From an uncultured Gammaproteobacteria bacterium (GTDB taxonomy: Bacteria > Patescibacteriota > Patescibacteriia > S139-126): DNA of 64,000 nucleotides. Made by a program: the position numbers and the translations under genes. Positions within the stretch are counted from its first letter, which is position 1, and every line of letters begins with the position of its first letter. Shown piece after piece: positions 27,762-38,237 of the stretch. The notes under the pieces were generated by a model that saw only the letters and a list, made by a program, of their open reading frames with translations, ran no database searches and was not told the origin of the DNA. The stretch is taken from positions 142,812 to 206,811 of the forward strand of contig CAZBLW010000002.1 of NCBI GenBank assembly GCA_964493305.1, written 5' to 3'.

Positions 27762-28316
27762 TTAGAATTGGACTTTGACGTTGTCGCGCTCTTTAGCTTC
27801 AGCCACTTCAAAAAATTCGCGTGATTTGAAACCCAAAGTACCAGCTATGATATTGTTGGGAAAAACTTGAATTTTGGTGTTGAAATCTCTGACCATGCCA
27901 TTATAAAAACGTCTAGCTGCTTGGATTTTATTTTCGGTGTCAGATAGTTCATCTTGCAGTTTGGCAAAATTTTCACTAGCTCTGAGCTGTGGGTAGTTTT
28001 CCGCCACCGCAAATAGTGACTTCAAAGTGTCTGAGAGCATATTTTCTGCCTCGGCTTTATCTTTTAGAGAACCAGCTTGCATAGCTTTGGATCTGGCTTC
28101 AGTTACTTTGGTAAACAATTCTTTTTCATGAGTAGCATAACCTTTGACTGTTTCTACCAAATTGGGAATCAAGTCATAACGCCGTTTAAGTTGGACATCA
28201 ATATCACTCCAAGCTTCATCGACGCGATTTTTTAGTCTGATTAAACTGTTGTAGATGCCAATTAGCCACAGAACTATGGCTACTAAGACACCAACGAGAA
28301 TAAATGTTGTTTGCAT
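27762..28316 (-). CDS. lemA: LemA family protein
   Basis: [33 protein letters not shown]. Confidence 0.95.
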   Translation of the reverse strand: MQTTFILVGVLVAIVLWLIGIYNSLIRLKNRVDEAWSDIDVQLKRRYDLIPNLVETVKGYATHEKELFTKVTEARSKAMQAGSLKDKAEAENMLSDTLKSLFAVAENYPQLRASENFAKLQDELSDTENKIQAARRFYNGMVRDFNTKIQVFPNNIIAGTLGFKSREFFEVAEAKERDNVKVQF

Positions 28317-28322
28317 ATGTTT

Positions 28323-28949
28323 TTAATTATTAATTATTTTACTTTGATAATGGGTGGTCTCAACATAAAGGGCGGCGTAAGAATCGCTATTGATCATCTG
28401 TTGCGCTCGGACATTGATATTGTCATCTATTTTTAGATCACTTAGCTTACCTTTACTATTTGAGGTTTTAACATCAACCGGATCGGGCGAATTGGCATCA
28501 GCATAGGTTTGACTGATAGTAGTAATTTGGATATCAGTTTTTTCATCAACATAAACTTTGTAAAGTTTTTCTTCAAAAGTCATGTCCAGAAAAGAGAAAC
28601 TAGAGTCAGTCAAATTTATCTCAGTAATTCTACCCGAACGATTGTAGGCCGGAGAAATATCAGGATTAGTAATAATCTTTTCATTAATCAGCGGTTCTGG
28701 TAAATCAAATTGTGCTAGGTCAGTATTGGGAGCTATTTGTTCAATCAGTTTTTGTTTATCAGTTTTTTGCGTATCAGTGTCAAATTCCAGTTGATTGGTA
28801 GTAGTTGTTGGGTTGGCAGATTGATTGTTACTGGGCTTATTTAGCAGATTGTTTTTTTGCCAAGTTAAAAACAAAATCAGCACAACTAGTATTACCACCA
28901 AAGCAGTAGTCATATAAATTATTTTTTTTTGTTGACTTTCCAGGGGCAT
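28323..28949 (-). CDS. Hypothetical membrane-anchored protein
   Basis: N-terminal TM segment and low-complexity linker. Confidence 0.7.
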   Translation of the reverse strand: MPLESQQKKIIYMTTALVVILVVLILFLTWQKNNLLNKPSNNQSANPTTTTNQLEFDTDTQKTDKQKLIEQIAPNTDLAQFDLPEPLINEKIITNPDISPAYNRSGRITEINLTDSSFSFLDMTFEEKLYKVYVDEKTDIQITTISQTYADANSPDPVDVKTSNSKGKLSDLKIDDNINVRAQQMINSDSYAALYVETTHYQSKIINN

Positions 28950-29010
28950 TGATTTTATTTTTTTACGATTTTATTGTATAATTTATATAGCTTTAAGTCA
29001 ATTAAAAAAC

Positions 29011-32000
29011 ATGAAAAAAATATATTTTTTAATCACTTTATTGTTTGGTTTTAGTATTGGTTTATTTATTTTTTCATATCAAGAAGTAAAAGCTCAAGTA
29101 GGTACAGGCAATCAGTGTTATGCGGGTACTTGGATGCAACCGACCTGCAATCCGGTTACTTCGGATCCAAGTTCTTGCAATATTCTGCCACCACTTTTTT
29201 CTGGGGCAGCTTGTGATCAACACACTGGCTATTTGCGTGTGCAAGATGAAGCCAATGGAACTGCTCAAGCTAATTGGACCCAATTATTTCCGGGAAAGAT
29301 TTTAGTTGGTGATGTTGCTGGTGGTTGGGTTACACCCGGAGGTAGTATTGAAATTTATGGCCCAGTGGTATCGGGAAATTTTGCTCTGGCTACTGATGTA
29401 CCAGTTGGTTTCAAAGAATCTGGTGATTTTGCTGCTCAGCGTGACATTTATGCCGGTGGTTCATTACGGGTAGCTGGGAATTCAAGTTTTTATGGCTCGA
29501 TCAATGCTTACAATAGAGTAAATATTACTGCTTCAGCCAATACTGGTAATTTGATGACGATTACCAATTCAGCTGGTATAGGAACCAATGCTACTACTGT
29601 GGCAATTATTCAAACACCTGGAAGTGTTGGTAATATTTTAAGTTTGGATACAGCCGACAATAACAGAGTTTATGTAGATCAGCTTGGTTATCTCAATGCC
29701 ACCAAGGATTTTCAAATCAGGATAGATACTGACAATAATTTCACCCAAAATTATTTTCGTATCAATGACGGTGCCAATGCTACTGTGTTTCAAGTTGCCG
29801 AAGATGGTAGCGCGCAAATTGCTGGTGATGCTAGTGTAGCTAAAAATTTGTCGGCTGGTTCAATAGTAGCCAATAGCCCTAGTGCTGGTAGGGGAAAAAT
29901 TTGGGGAAACTTTACTGATTTGAATAACAACAACTGCTCAGCTGATCAGCTGTTGGTTTATCGGGGAGCGCCTTTTACGCCTGGTTGGTACTGTGTTTCA
30001 GCTACCAATGTTGGTACCACTACGGTGGGAAATTTATTGCAGACCTTGCAAGCTGGCGCTGATGCTTCAAGTTTTGCTGGTGCCGTTTCTATAGGTACTG
30101 ATTCCAATGGGTTTACATTAGTTGGTCCAGAAGTTGGCGTATCAGGGCCAGTAAATTTTATTATAAAAAATCGGGAAAATGTTAATTTGAATAATCAATT
30201 GATGGGTGCAATATACTTTAGTGACGCTTATAATTTTATTTCGCAAGCAAAAATAGAAGTAGCAAGAGGTGCTTCTGGTAGTGGCGGTGATTATCCCACT
30301 AAAATGTCTTTTTGGACTACACCAGATGGATCTTCCGTTGCTCAAGAAAGATTAACAATTTTAGCCAATGGTAATGTTGGTATTGGTAACACCTTCCCAA
30401 ATTCAAAGTTGAATATTAATGTGCCGGTTAATACAGAAGGCATTAAAATAGTAAATAACAATTATTCTCCTTTGGTGATTAGAAATAATGCTGATGTATT
30501 TGACTTATTTCGTGTTAATGAAACAGGCAATGTAACAGCTTATGGTACTATCAGAGGTCGTTTTACTGATGGCGATGGTAATCTTTGTGCTAACAACCAA
30601 ATATTGGTTTACAATAGCGGTACTAGTAAGTGGGTTTGTAGCAACAGTATTCCTGGAGGATCGCAAGATTTATTATCAGTTTTAGGTGCAGGTTCCAATG
30701 CTTCAACTTATACCGCCAATACCAGCATCGGTGGAAATTTAGGACTAGGTGGTATTTCCAATCCAACTTACTCAATACATCTAAGTAAAAGTGCCACTTC
30801 TAACGGTTATGGCTCATTGGCTCTGGAAACTGCCGCTACAGGACGTAATTCATATATTGAAATAAGGAATTCCGACACCAGTCAGATACCATACATTGAT
30901 TTAACCAAAGGTTGGACTGGTGGCAATACACCTGACTTTAGCGGTCGCATTGCTTATTGGAGTGATAATGATTTTCAAATTATCCAGGCCAACAACAATC
31001 CTTTAAGTTTTTGGACAAACAATACTAAACGCATGACTATTGCTGGCAATGGTTTCGTTGGTATTGGTATAGACCCAACCAGCATGTTCCAGATAAATGG
31101 TGCGGCTGGTACGGGATGGAACTCAGGACTGAAAATTACTCGCGCTGACCAAATAGGTGCTGATTTTCGTATCAATGTTACTACTGGAGACACCTTGTTT
31201 AGGAATTTTTCAGCTGGGACGGGTTATGCATTTAGAAATTCAGCTGATGCGAGCTTATTGAATATTTTAAGTGATGGTAAAGTAGGCATCGGTTATAATC
31301 CACCAACATCTAAATTAACCGTTGGGCCTACAAACAATGTAGAAGGGGTTAGAATTATCAGTAGTAATTACTCACCATTAATTATAAGAAATACAGCCAA
31401 TGATAAAGATATATTTAGAATTAAACAAAATGGTGAGCTTACTCATTTTATAAATGGTTCTCCCGCTATGAGTATGGATACAAATTTAGTTTTATCCGTA
31501 AACAATAAAGTTAAAACAAATATTGTCGAGACGCAATTATTAACCCATTATGAGGACACTGGTACTAATTCAACTTACTATACTTGGGGTGATGATGGTT
31601 TGGATTTTTGTGGTTCAGGCCCAGCTTATTTGGATTGTCAGGACACGAAATTAGCCAGAGTTATTTTTGATTATATTAGTAATTTTTTTAAAATTTCACA
31701 AGCTTTAGCTGAACCAGTAAGAGAGTTTGAAAATAGTGCTCCAACTAATGCCGCGCCATGTAATGTTGGTGATGTTACGTTATATACTGCTCCATCACAA
31801 CCAAAAATTTATTTTAACTGTAGTGATAATTGGGATCAGACCGCTCCTTATATTTCATATCGTTTATGTCAAGCCACCACTTCTACACCAAGTGAAGTAA
31901 CTAAAATTCAGTTTGAAGGCACGCCAGGACTAGCAAAACCTGGTTTAACCAAAGTTAAAGACAATTTAGTGGTAGAGCAAAATTTATGGGGTAACGGTAT

Positions 32001-32130
32001 AACAAGTGGTTGTCATAATGTAGGAACGAGTGGCGTTCCTACAAAACAATGTCCTGATGGAGAATTTATGGCTGGTATCAATATAGTTACTAATATGTAT
32101 GATAGTACAATTATTTGTTGTCCGTTATAG
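29011..32130 (+). CDS. Large secreted repeat protein (fibre/adhesin-like)
   Basis: Signal peptide ending VKA; repeated GNVGIG-type motifs; duplicated modules; Cys-rich termini. Confidence 0.75.
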   Translation: MKKIYFLITLLFGFSIGLFIFSYQEVKAQVGTGNQCYAGTWMQPTCNPVTSDPSSCNILPPLFSGAACDQHTGYLRVQDEANGTAQANWTQLFPGKILVGDVAGGWVTPGGSIEIYGPVVSGNFALATDVPVGFKESGDFAAQRDIYAGGSLRVAGNSSFYGSINAYNRVNITASANTGNLMTITNSAGIGTNATTVAIIQTPGSVGNILSLDTADNNRVYVDQLGYLNATKDFQIRIDTDNNFTQNYFRINDGANATVFQVAEDGSAQIAGDASVAKNLSAGSIVANSPSAGRGKIWGNFTDLNNNNCSADQLLVYRGAPFTPGWYCVSATNVGTTTVGNLLQTLQAGADASSFAGAVSIGTDSNGFTLVGPEVGVSGPVNFIIKNRENVNLNNQLMGAIYFSDAYNFISQAKIEVARGASGSGGDYPTKMSFWTTPDGSSVAQERLTILANGNVGIGNTFPNSKLNINVPVNTEGIKIVNNNYSPLVIRNNADVFDLFRVNETGNVTAYGTIRGRFTDGDGNLCANNQILVYNSGTSKWVCSNSIPGGSQDLLSVLGAGSNASTYTANTSIGGNLGLGGISNPTYSIHLSKSATSNGYGSLALETAATGRNSYIEIRNSDTSQIPYIDLTKGWTGGNTPDFSGRIAYWSDNDFQIIQANNNPLSFWTNNTKRMTIAGNGFVGIGIDPTSMFQINGAAGTGWNSGLKITRADQIGADFRINVTTGDTLFRNFSAGTGYAFRNSADASLLNILSDGKVGIGYNPPTSKLTVGPTNNVEGVRIISSNYSPLIIRNTANDKDIFRIKQNGELTHFINGSPAMSMDTNLVLSVNNKVKTNIVETQLLTHYEDTGTNSTYYTWGDDGLDFCGSGPAYLDCQDTKLARVIFDYISNFFKISQALAEPVREFENSAPTNAAPCNVGDVTLYTAPSQPKIYFNCSDNWDQTAPYISYRLCQATTSTPSEVTKIQFEGTPGLAKPGLTKVKDNLVVEQNLWGNGITSGCHNVGTSGVPTKQCPDGEFMAGINIVTNMYDSTIICCPL

Positions 32131-32145
32131 ATTTTGATTAATAAT

Positions 32146-32176
32146 AAACCCTTTTCTAAATGAAAAGGGTTTTTTA
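32146..32176. terminator. Bidirectional terminator
   Basis: AAACCCTTTTC/GAAAAGGGTTT hairpin between convergent genes. Confidence 0.7.
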
Positions 32177-32177
32177 T

Positions 32178-33062
32178 TTATCTAAGAAGTGTCATTTTTT
32201 TGGTCAGTTTTTGACCGTTAGCAGAGAGGATATAGAAATAATTACCGCTAGGTAATTGTAAAGAGTTGAACTCATATTCATATGTACCATAAGGTAATTC
32301 TTGATTGACCAAAGTGGCTACAGGTTGTCCCAATATATTATAGACAGTGAGATTAGTGAAATTTGAGATAGGAATAGTGAATCTTATTTTAGTACTGGGG
32401 TTGAAAGGATTAGGATAGTTTTGTAACAACGAATAGTTGTCAGGTATGGGATTTTCTATATTTTCCAATCCAGAAAGTATATCGCCAAATCCACAATACA
32501 GAATGGGTGTGCCACCATAGTTTTGATAGTACCACGTATCTAGTAAAATCGTATTGTTTTGTTGAGCGTAAAGTAGTTGGAGTACGCAAGTATCTATTGT
32601 TGCACTATCGGCGGGAAATGGTTGTCCAGTAGTTACACTAGTCCATGAATGGTTTTCAATTTTTAACCAGTTATTAAAAATATTTGTTGAACTATAAATT
32701 GGATAATACCATTCATTTTCGTGTTTTATTATTAATACTACATACGTAAAAGGAACGTTTGATTTAATAATAAAATGACAATTTACTAATTGCATAGTTA
32801 TCGGCTGGGGTAAGATACAATTGAGAAAATGGTAACCCGATCCATTATAAGAAATATCTGCTTGTAAGCTATATTGGTTGTTATAACCTGGTATGATCGG
32901 TATATTTGTATTTACATCTGAGCATGCAGATAAAGTAGAATTGTCATTGGTAGAAAACGGTGTAATATTAGATGATTGCCAGCCAAAAATTCCTTGAGCA
33001 TTTAATTGGAATGAAATTATACTTAAAAGTATAATTATTGATGTAATTATTATTTTTTTCAT
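32178..33062 (-). CDS. Secreted protein with a T9SS (Por) C-terminal sorting-like domain
   Basis: Signal peptide; C-terminal LLQNYPNPFNPSTKIRF...VYNILGQ.V..LVN...LPSGNYFY...KKMTLLR. Confidence 0.85.
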   Translation of the reverse strand: MKKIIITSIIILLSIISFQLNAQGIFGWQSSNITPFSTNDNSTLSACSDVNTNIPIIPGYNNQYSLQADISYNGSGYHFLNCILPQPITMQLVNCHFIIKSNVPFTYVVLIIKHENEWYYPIYSSTNIFNNWLKIENHSWTSVTTGQPFPADSATIDTCVLQLLYAQQNNTILLDTWYYQNYGGTPILYCGFGDILSGLENIENPIPDNYSLLQNYPNPFNPSTKIRFTIPISNFTNLTVYNILGQPVATLVNQELPYGTYEYEFNSLQLPSGNYFYILSANGQKLTKKMTLLR

Positions 33063-33194
33063 GACAAGCCTCCTTTGGGCAATTATTTGAAAATACTTTA
33101 TTTAATTTTGAAAGTTCATAATGTAATTAAATAATACCATATTAAGCAAGAAAAATTAATGTTTGTCAATATTTAAAAATATAAATTATTTATT

Positions 33195-33220
33195 AAAAAC
33201 CGCCATAGTTATGGCGGTTT
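33195..33220 (-). terminator. Terminator
   Basis: AAAACCGCCATA/TATGGCGGTTTT hairpin. Confidence 0.65.
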
Positions 33221-33223
33221 ATT

Positions 33224-34294
33224 TTAGGAATTTAATATCCCTAAGACGAGTTCGTCTATCAGTTCTTGAACTGAAAGAATTTTATTGACTCGGTGCACAT
33301 TGGCACCAGCAAAAATTAAACCTTCATCTATTTTCCCTTTGAAAGAGTCAACGAGTTTTACAGCTATACAATAGCCAGCTTGATCTCTTTCACAAGAGTC
33401 GATGCAGTGATAAGGACAAATAGTTTTGGTAGGTTTGTCTTCGTTTAATTTTTTCAAGAAGGGATTCATAATCGCGCGTCCCGGCATACCCACTGGGCTT
33501 TTGATAATCATAATATCTTCTGGTTTGGCATTAATATAGGCTTGTTTAAATTCTTCTGCTACTGGGCATTCACGGGTGGCTACAAAACGAGTTGCCAGTT
33601 GTGCTCCACTAGCACCAAGAGAAAGAAAATGAGCAATATCATTGCCAGTATAAATTCCCCCAGCTACGATAAGGGGGATTTTTCTGCCAATTTTTTGTTC
33701 ATAAGGCTCAATGATTTTTATGGTGTCTAGTAAAATTTTTTCCAAATTATAATTAACCGGATCAGCCAGTTGTTCCAAAGAGAAGCCTAAATGCCCACCA
33801 GCTAGAGGGCCTTCTATAATGAAAGCATCAGGAGTTCGCTTATATCTTTCCCAGTAAGTGATAATAATTTTGGCAAGGCGTGCAGAACTAATGATTGGCA
33901 CTAAAGCCACGTCTGGGTCGGGTACAATTTCCGGTAGGGTTTTAGGAATACCCGCACCATAAACAATTATATGAGCACCAGCCGCAACGGCGGTTTTGAT
34001 AAGTTCATTTCTATTGGATAGTACTCCCATAACATTGATCGCAAACGGTTGCGAGGTGAGACTTTGTAGAGTGGTAATATTTTTTAGCAATGAATCATTG
34101 GAAATTCTGATATAATCAGCGGCTTTGACGCCTTTATAAAGGTCCATCAGACCAATAGTAGTTAATGTACCCAAACAATCAGCCTGGGCCACAGCTGCTA
34201 CCAGTGTTGGTCCGGTAATCCGAACACCCATTGAACCCATAACAATTGGCAACCGAAAAGTATGTTGCCCAATAGTAAGTTTTGGTATTTTCAT
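33224..34294 (-). CDS. Nitronate monooxygenase / FabK-like FMN oxidoreductase
   Basis: PIVMGSMG, EGPLAGGHLG, IVAGGI, GAQLATRF, SPVGMPGRA. Confidence 0.88.
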   Translation of the reverse strand: MKIPKLTIGQHTFRLPIVMGSMGVRITGPTLVAAVAQADCLGTLTTIGLMDLYKGVKAADYIRISNDSLLKNITTLQSLTSQPFAINVMGVLSNRNELIKTAVAAGAHIIVYGAGIPKTLPEIVPDPDVALVPIISSARLAKIIITYWERYKRTPDAFIIEGPLAGGHLGFSLEQLADPVNYNLEKILLDTIKIIEPYEQKIGRKIPLIVAGGIYTGNDIAHFLSLGASGAQLATRFVATRECPVAEEFKQAYINAKPEDIMIIKSPVGMPGRAIMNPFLKKLNEDKPTKTICPYHCIDSCERDQAGYCIAVKLVDSFKGKIDEGLIFAGANVHRVNKILSVQELIDELVLGILNS

Positions 34295-34379
34295 GATATA
34301 ACTTCCTTGTATTTTGATGTTTTTAATGTAAAATTGCCTTTAGTTTGTCATTAATTAAATTACTGGTCAAGCAGTAGAT

Positions 34380-34518
34380 TTGACATTATTTTAAAAAATG
34401 TTAAACTGGTTTTACAATTTTATATACCTTTAGTATGTGTATCGATAAGTTTATTTTTGCCTTTGGAACGATACGCAGAAGCAATAAGGAATCTCTAAGC
34501 CCTTATTGGGCTTTTTTT
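34380..34518 (+). promoter_or_regulatory. str operon promoter and attenuator-like leader
   Basis: TTGACA-16bp-TAAACT with TG extension; hairpin 34436-34477; terminator 34497-34518. Confidence 0.6.
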
Positions 34519-34562
34519 GATAAATTTTTAAAGTTTGGTTTTTGATTTTTATTTACAATTAT

Positions 34563-34590
34563 TTAAAAATTAAAAATTAAAAATTAAAAA
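34563..34590 (+). repeat. Heptamer tandem repeat (TTAAAAA)4
   Basis: Read directly from the sequence. Confidence 0.8.
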
Positions 34591-34599
34591 TTGTAATTT

Positions 34600-35028
34600 A
34601 TGCCCACAATTCACCAATTGATTAGAAAGCCGAGAAAAACTCAAAAAGTAAAATCAAAGTCTCCGGCTTTGCAATCAACTTTCAATGTTTTACGTCGTCA
34701 TCGTACCAAACTGCCTAAAGGTAGTGCTTTTAAGCGCGGAGTTTGTGTTAAAGTGACCACGACTACACCAAAGAAACCAAATTCAGCTTTGCGCAAAATT
34801 GCCAGAGTTAGATTGTCCAATGGGATGGAAGTAACAGCTTATATACCAGGCGAAGGACACAATTTACAAGAACACAGTGTGGTGATGATTCGCGGTGGTC
34901 GTGTCAAAGATTTGCCAGGTGTGCGTTATAAAGTTGTACGCGGTGTGTTTGATACTCAAGGTGTACAAAATCGTAAACAGAGCCGATCTCGTTATGGCGC
35001 CAAACGCCCCAAAGAGGCTAAAAAATAG
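34600..35028 (+). CDS. rpsL: 30S ribosomal protein S12
   Basis: [29 protein letters not shown]. Confidence 0.99.
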   Translation: MPTIHQLIRKPRKTQKVKSKSPALQSTFNVLRRHRTKLPKGSAFKRGVCVKVTTTTPKKPNSALRKIARVRLSNGMEVTAYIPGEGHNLQEHSVVMIRGGRVKDLPGVRYKVVRGVFDTQGVQNRKQSRSRYGAKRPKEAKK

Positions 35029-35072
35029 TTAACTACTTCTAATTTTTATTCTTAATTCTAAATTCAAATATT

Positions 35073-35552
35073 ATGCGTGGAAAAAGAGCACCCAAAAGAA
35101 AAATTGATCCAGATCCAAAGTATCATTCTTTGGAAGTGGCAAAATTTATCAATCATATTATGTTGGGCGGTAAAAAAACGGTTGCGCAAAAAATTATTTA
35201 TGACTGTTTTGATTTAATGGCAGCCAAGACCAAACAAAAACCCTTAGATTTATTTGAAAAAGCTGTGCGCAGTGTGGCGCCAGTGGTGGAAGTAAAAGGA
35301 AGACGGGTTGGTGGCGCCAACTATCAAGTACCAATTCCTGTAACTGGAGAGCGAAAAAACAATCTAGCTTTTCGCTGGTTAATCGAAGCCGCTCGCAATA
35401 AAAAAGGTCGCTCAATGTCAGCTAAGCTAGCTGAAGAAATGTTAGCTGCCATCAACAACGAAGGCGATGCTATCAAGAAAAAACAGGATGTTCAAAGGAT
35501 GGCCGAAGCTAACCGAGCTTTTGCTCATTTTGCCAATTTTATCAAACGATAA
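35073..35552 (+). CDS. rpsG: 30S ribosomal protein S7
   Basis: RRVGGANYQVP, MAEANRAFAHF. Confidence 0.99.
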   Translation: MRGKRAPKRKIDPDPKYHSLEVAKFINHIMLGGKKTVAQKIIYDCFDLMAAKTKQKPLDLFEKAVRSVAPVVEVKGRRVGGANYQVPIPVTGERKNNLAFRWLIEAARNKKGRSMSAKLAEEMLAAINNEGDAIKKKQDVQRMAEANRAFAHFANFIKR

Positions 35553-35582
35553 ATTAATTTAAATTATAAATTATAAAAAAAT

Positions 35583-37679
35583 ATGGCTAGGGAATACAGT
35601 TTAGAAAAAACCAGAAATATCGGGATTATCGCCCATATTGATGCGGGTAAAACCACCGTGTCAGAAAGAGTTTTGTATTATACTGGTAAAAAACATAAAA
35701 TTGGTGAGGTGCACGAGGGTCAAGCAGAAATGGATTGGATGGAACAAGAGCGCGAACGTGGCATCACTATTACTTCAGCAGCCACTACTTGTTTTTGGAA
35801 AGACTGTCGGATCAATATCATCGACACTCCGGGACACGTGGATTTTACAGCTGAAGTTGAGCGGAGTTTGCGAGTATTGGATGGTGGTGTCGTCGTCTTT
35901 GATGGCGTCGCCGGTGTGGAATCACAATCAGAAACTGTTTGGCGCCAAGCGGATAAGTACAATGTTCCGCGCATTGCTTTTATCAATAAAATGGATAGAA
36001 TGGGTGCGGATTTTTATTATGATCTAAAAACCATTCATGAACGTTTAACCAAACATGCTCATCCCATTCAGTTGCCTATAGGTGCAGCCGAAACTTTTCA
36101 AGGATTAATAGATTTATTGGAGCAAAAAGCTTTTTACTACCGTGATGATTTGGGTGTAAATATTGATGAAGCTGAAATTCCGGCTGACATGCAGGACAAA
36201 GTTGTCGAATTCCGAGCTCAGTTGATTGAAGCGATTGTAGAAAATGATGAAGAATTAATGCACCAGTATTTGGAAGGTAAAGAAATTTCGATTGAGGATT
36301 TACGCCGAGTTTTAAGACAGGCAACAATTGAAAGTAAAATCGTCCCAGTACTTTGTGGTAGTGCTTTAAAAAACAAAGGAGTCCAACGCATGTTGGATGC
36401 CGTGATTTATTATTTGCCATCACCATTGGATGTTGATTCCCCCTTGGCCCATGATGTTGATGATACTACTAAAGAAGTGCCAATTGTTATTGGAGATGAT
36501 AAACCGTTGGCGGGTTTGGCTTTCAAAATTGCGACTGACCCTTATGTTGGCAGACTTACTTTTTATCGTATTTATAGTGGTACTATCAAATCTGGTAGTT
36601 ATGTTTTAAACAATACCACCGGTGATAAGGAAAGAATTAGTCGTCTGTTACGAATGCATGCCAATCACCGAGAAGAAATCGACGAAGCTTATGCCGGTGA
36701 AATAGCGGCTATTGTCGGATTGAAAAATACGACTACTGGCGATACTTTGACTGATGTTGATCATCCATTGTTGTTAGAAAAAATCGAGTTTCCTGAGCCA
36801 GTTATTTCTATTGCCGTGGAACCGAAAACTAAACAGGATCAAGAAAAAATGGGTATTGCTTTGCAAAGATTAGCTGAAGAAGATCCGACCTTCAGGGTCA
36901 AAACCGATGAAGAAACTGGTCAGATGATTATTTCTGGTATGGGAGAACTTCATCTTGATATTATTGTGGACCGCATGAAGCGTGAATTTAAGGTTGAAGC
37001 CAATATTGGTAAACCCCAAGTGGCTTACAAAGAAACAATTAAAACTCAAGCTGAAGCCGAAGGTAAATATATTAGACAATCAGGTGGACGTGGTCAGTAT
37101 GGTCATTGTTGGGTTAGAGTGGAGCCCAATGAAGCTGGTAAAGGTTATGAATTTATTGATCAGATTAAAGGTGGTGTCATCCCCAGAGAATATATCCCCG
37201 CGATTGATAAAGGTATCAAAGAGGCTTTGGAAAACGGAGTCTTGGCAGGATATCCAGTTATTGATGTCAAAGCCACGGTTTATGATGGATCTTATCATGA
37301 AGTTGACTCTTCGGAAGCGGCTTTCAAAATCGCTGGTAGTAAAGCTTTTCAAGATGCATTTAAAAAAGCCAGTCCAATTTTATTGGAGCCAATTGAAAAA
37401 ATTGAAGTGGTTGTTCCCGAAGAATATATGGGTGATGTTATTGGTGATTTAAATGCCAAGCGTGGTCAAATTTTGGAAATGATTGATCGTGGTAACAACA
37501 AAGTAATCTATGCTAATGTCCCGTTGGCTTCAATGTTTGGTTATGTCACTACTTTACGTTCGATGACCCAAGGACGTGGTACTTCTACTATGGAGTTTGC
37601 CCATTATGCTGAAGTGCCCAGCAATGTAGCCAAAGAGATTATTGAGGGTAATTCCACCAAGATTAAAAAAGACGCTTAA
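35583..37679 (+). CDS. fusA: Elongation factor G
   Basis: [29 protein letters not shown]. Confidence 0.99.
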   Translation: MAREYSLEKTRNIGIIAHIDAGKTTVSERVLYYTGKKHKIGEVHEGQAEMDWMEQERERGITITSAATTCFWKDCRINIIDTPGHVDFTAEVERSLRVLDGGVVVFDGVAGVESQSETVWRQADKYNVPRIAFINKMDRMGADFYYDLKTIHERLTKHAHPIQLPIGAAETFQGLIDLLEQKAFYYRDDLGVNIDEAEIPADMQDKVVEFRAQLIEAIVENDEELMHQYLEGKEISIEDLRRVLRQATIESKIVPVLCGSALKNKGVQRMLDAVIYYLPSPLDVDSPLAHDVDDTTKEVPIVIGDDKPLAGLAFKIATDPYVGRLTFYRIYSGTIKSGSYVLNNTTGDKERISRLLRMHANHREEIDEAYAGEIAAIVGLKNTTTGDTLTDVDHPLLLEKIEFPEPVISIAVEPKTKQDQEKMGIALQRLAEEDPTFRVKTDEETGQMIISGMGELHLDIIVDRMKREFKVEANIGKPQVAYKETIKTQAEAEGKYIRQSGGRGQYGHCWVRVEPNEAGKGYEFIDQIKGGVIPREYIPAIDKGIKEALENGVLAGYPVIDVKATVYDGSYHEVDSSEAAFKIAGSKAFQDAFKKASPILLEPIEKIEVVVPEEYMGDVIGDLNAKRGQILEMIDRGNNKVIYANVPLASMFGYVTTLRSMTQGRGTSTMEFAHYAEVPSNVAKEIIEGNSTKIKKDA

Positions 37680-37700
37680 TTATTTATTAAATAATATTCT

Positions 37701-37988
37701 ATGGATTGGCATAATATTATTACTACACTAAAAAAAATTGGTCGGGAGTTGGTGGTGATGGATCAATCTGATACCTATGTCTTGATGACTCTCGAACGAT
37801 TCAATGAGCTAGTCGATCAGGGTAAAGATGTACGCCATCTCAGTGAGGAAGAATTGATTCAGCAAATAAACCAACAAGTGGCTGATTGGCGAGCTAACCA
37901 GGACCAGTGGTCAGATGCTGTCAAGTCAGAAAAGCCTTTGAAAACTGACCTTGATGACGATACTTTCTATATCGAACCAGTTGAATAA
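37701..37988 (+). CDS. Hypothetical protein (possible Phd/YefM-like N-terminus)
   Basis: ORF fills the fusA-tuf gap; YVLMTLERFNEL motif; acidic C-terminus FYIEPVE. Confidence 0.65.
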   Translation: MDWHNIITTLKKIGRELVVMDQSDTYVLMTLERFNELVDQGKDVRHLSEEELIQQINQQVADWRANQDQWSDAVKSEKPLKTDLDDDTFYIEPVE

Positions 37989-38092
37989 GTTTCCACATGT
38001 TTTCAATAGATTATGCAAAATTGATTAATTTTGCCTAATATTAGATAAAAAAATATTATTTAGGGCAGTATTTTTGAGTCCAGCTAAAATAC

Positions 38093-38120
38093 TTGCCAAA
38101 TAAAAATAAGTTTGTTATAA
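38093..38120 (+). promoter_or_regulatory. Promoter upstream of tuf
   Basis: TTGCCA...TGTTATAAT. Confidence 0.65.
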
Positions 38121-38237
38121 TCACCAAGCGTATTTATAAAATTTAATCATTTAATTATTAAGTTTTTCAATTAACGGCTGGGTAAAACCCACAACTAATA
38201 TTTACAGTTTGGGGCCGTTAATAAGGTAATAAACAAT

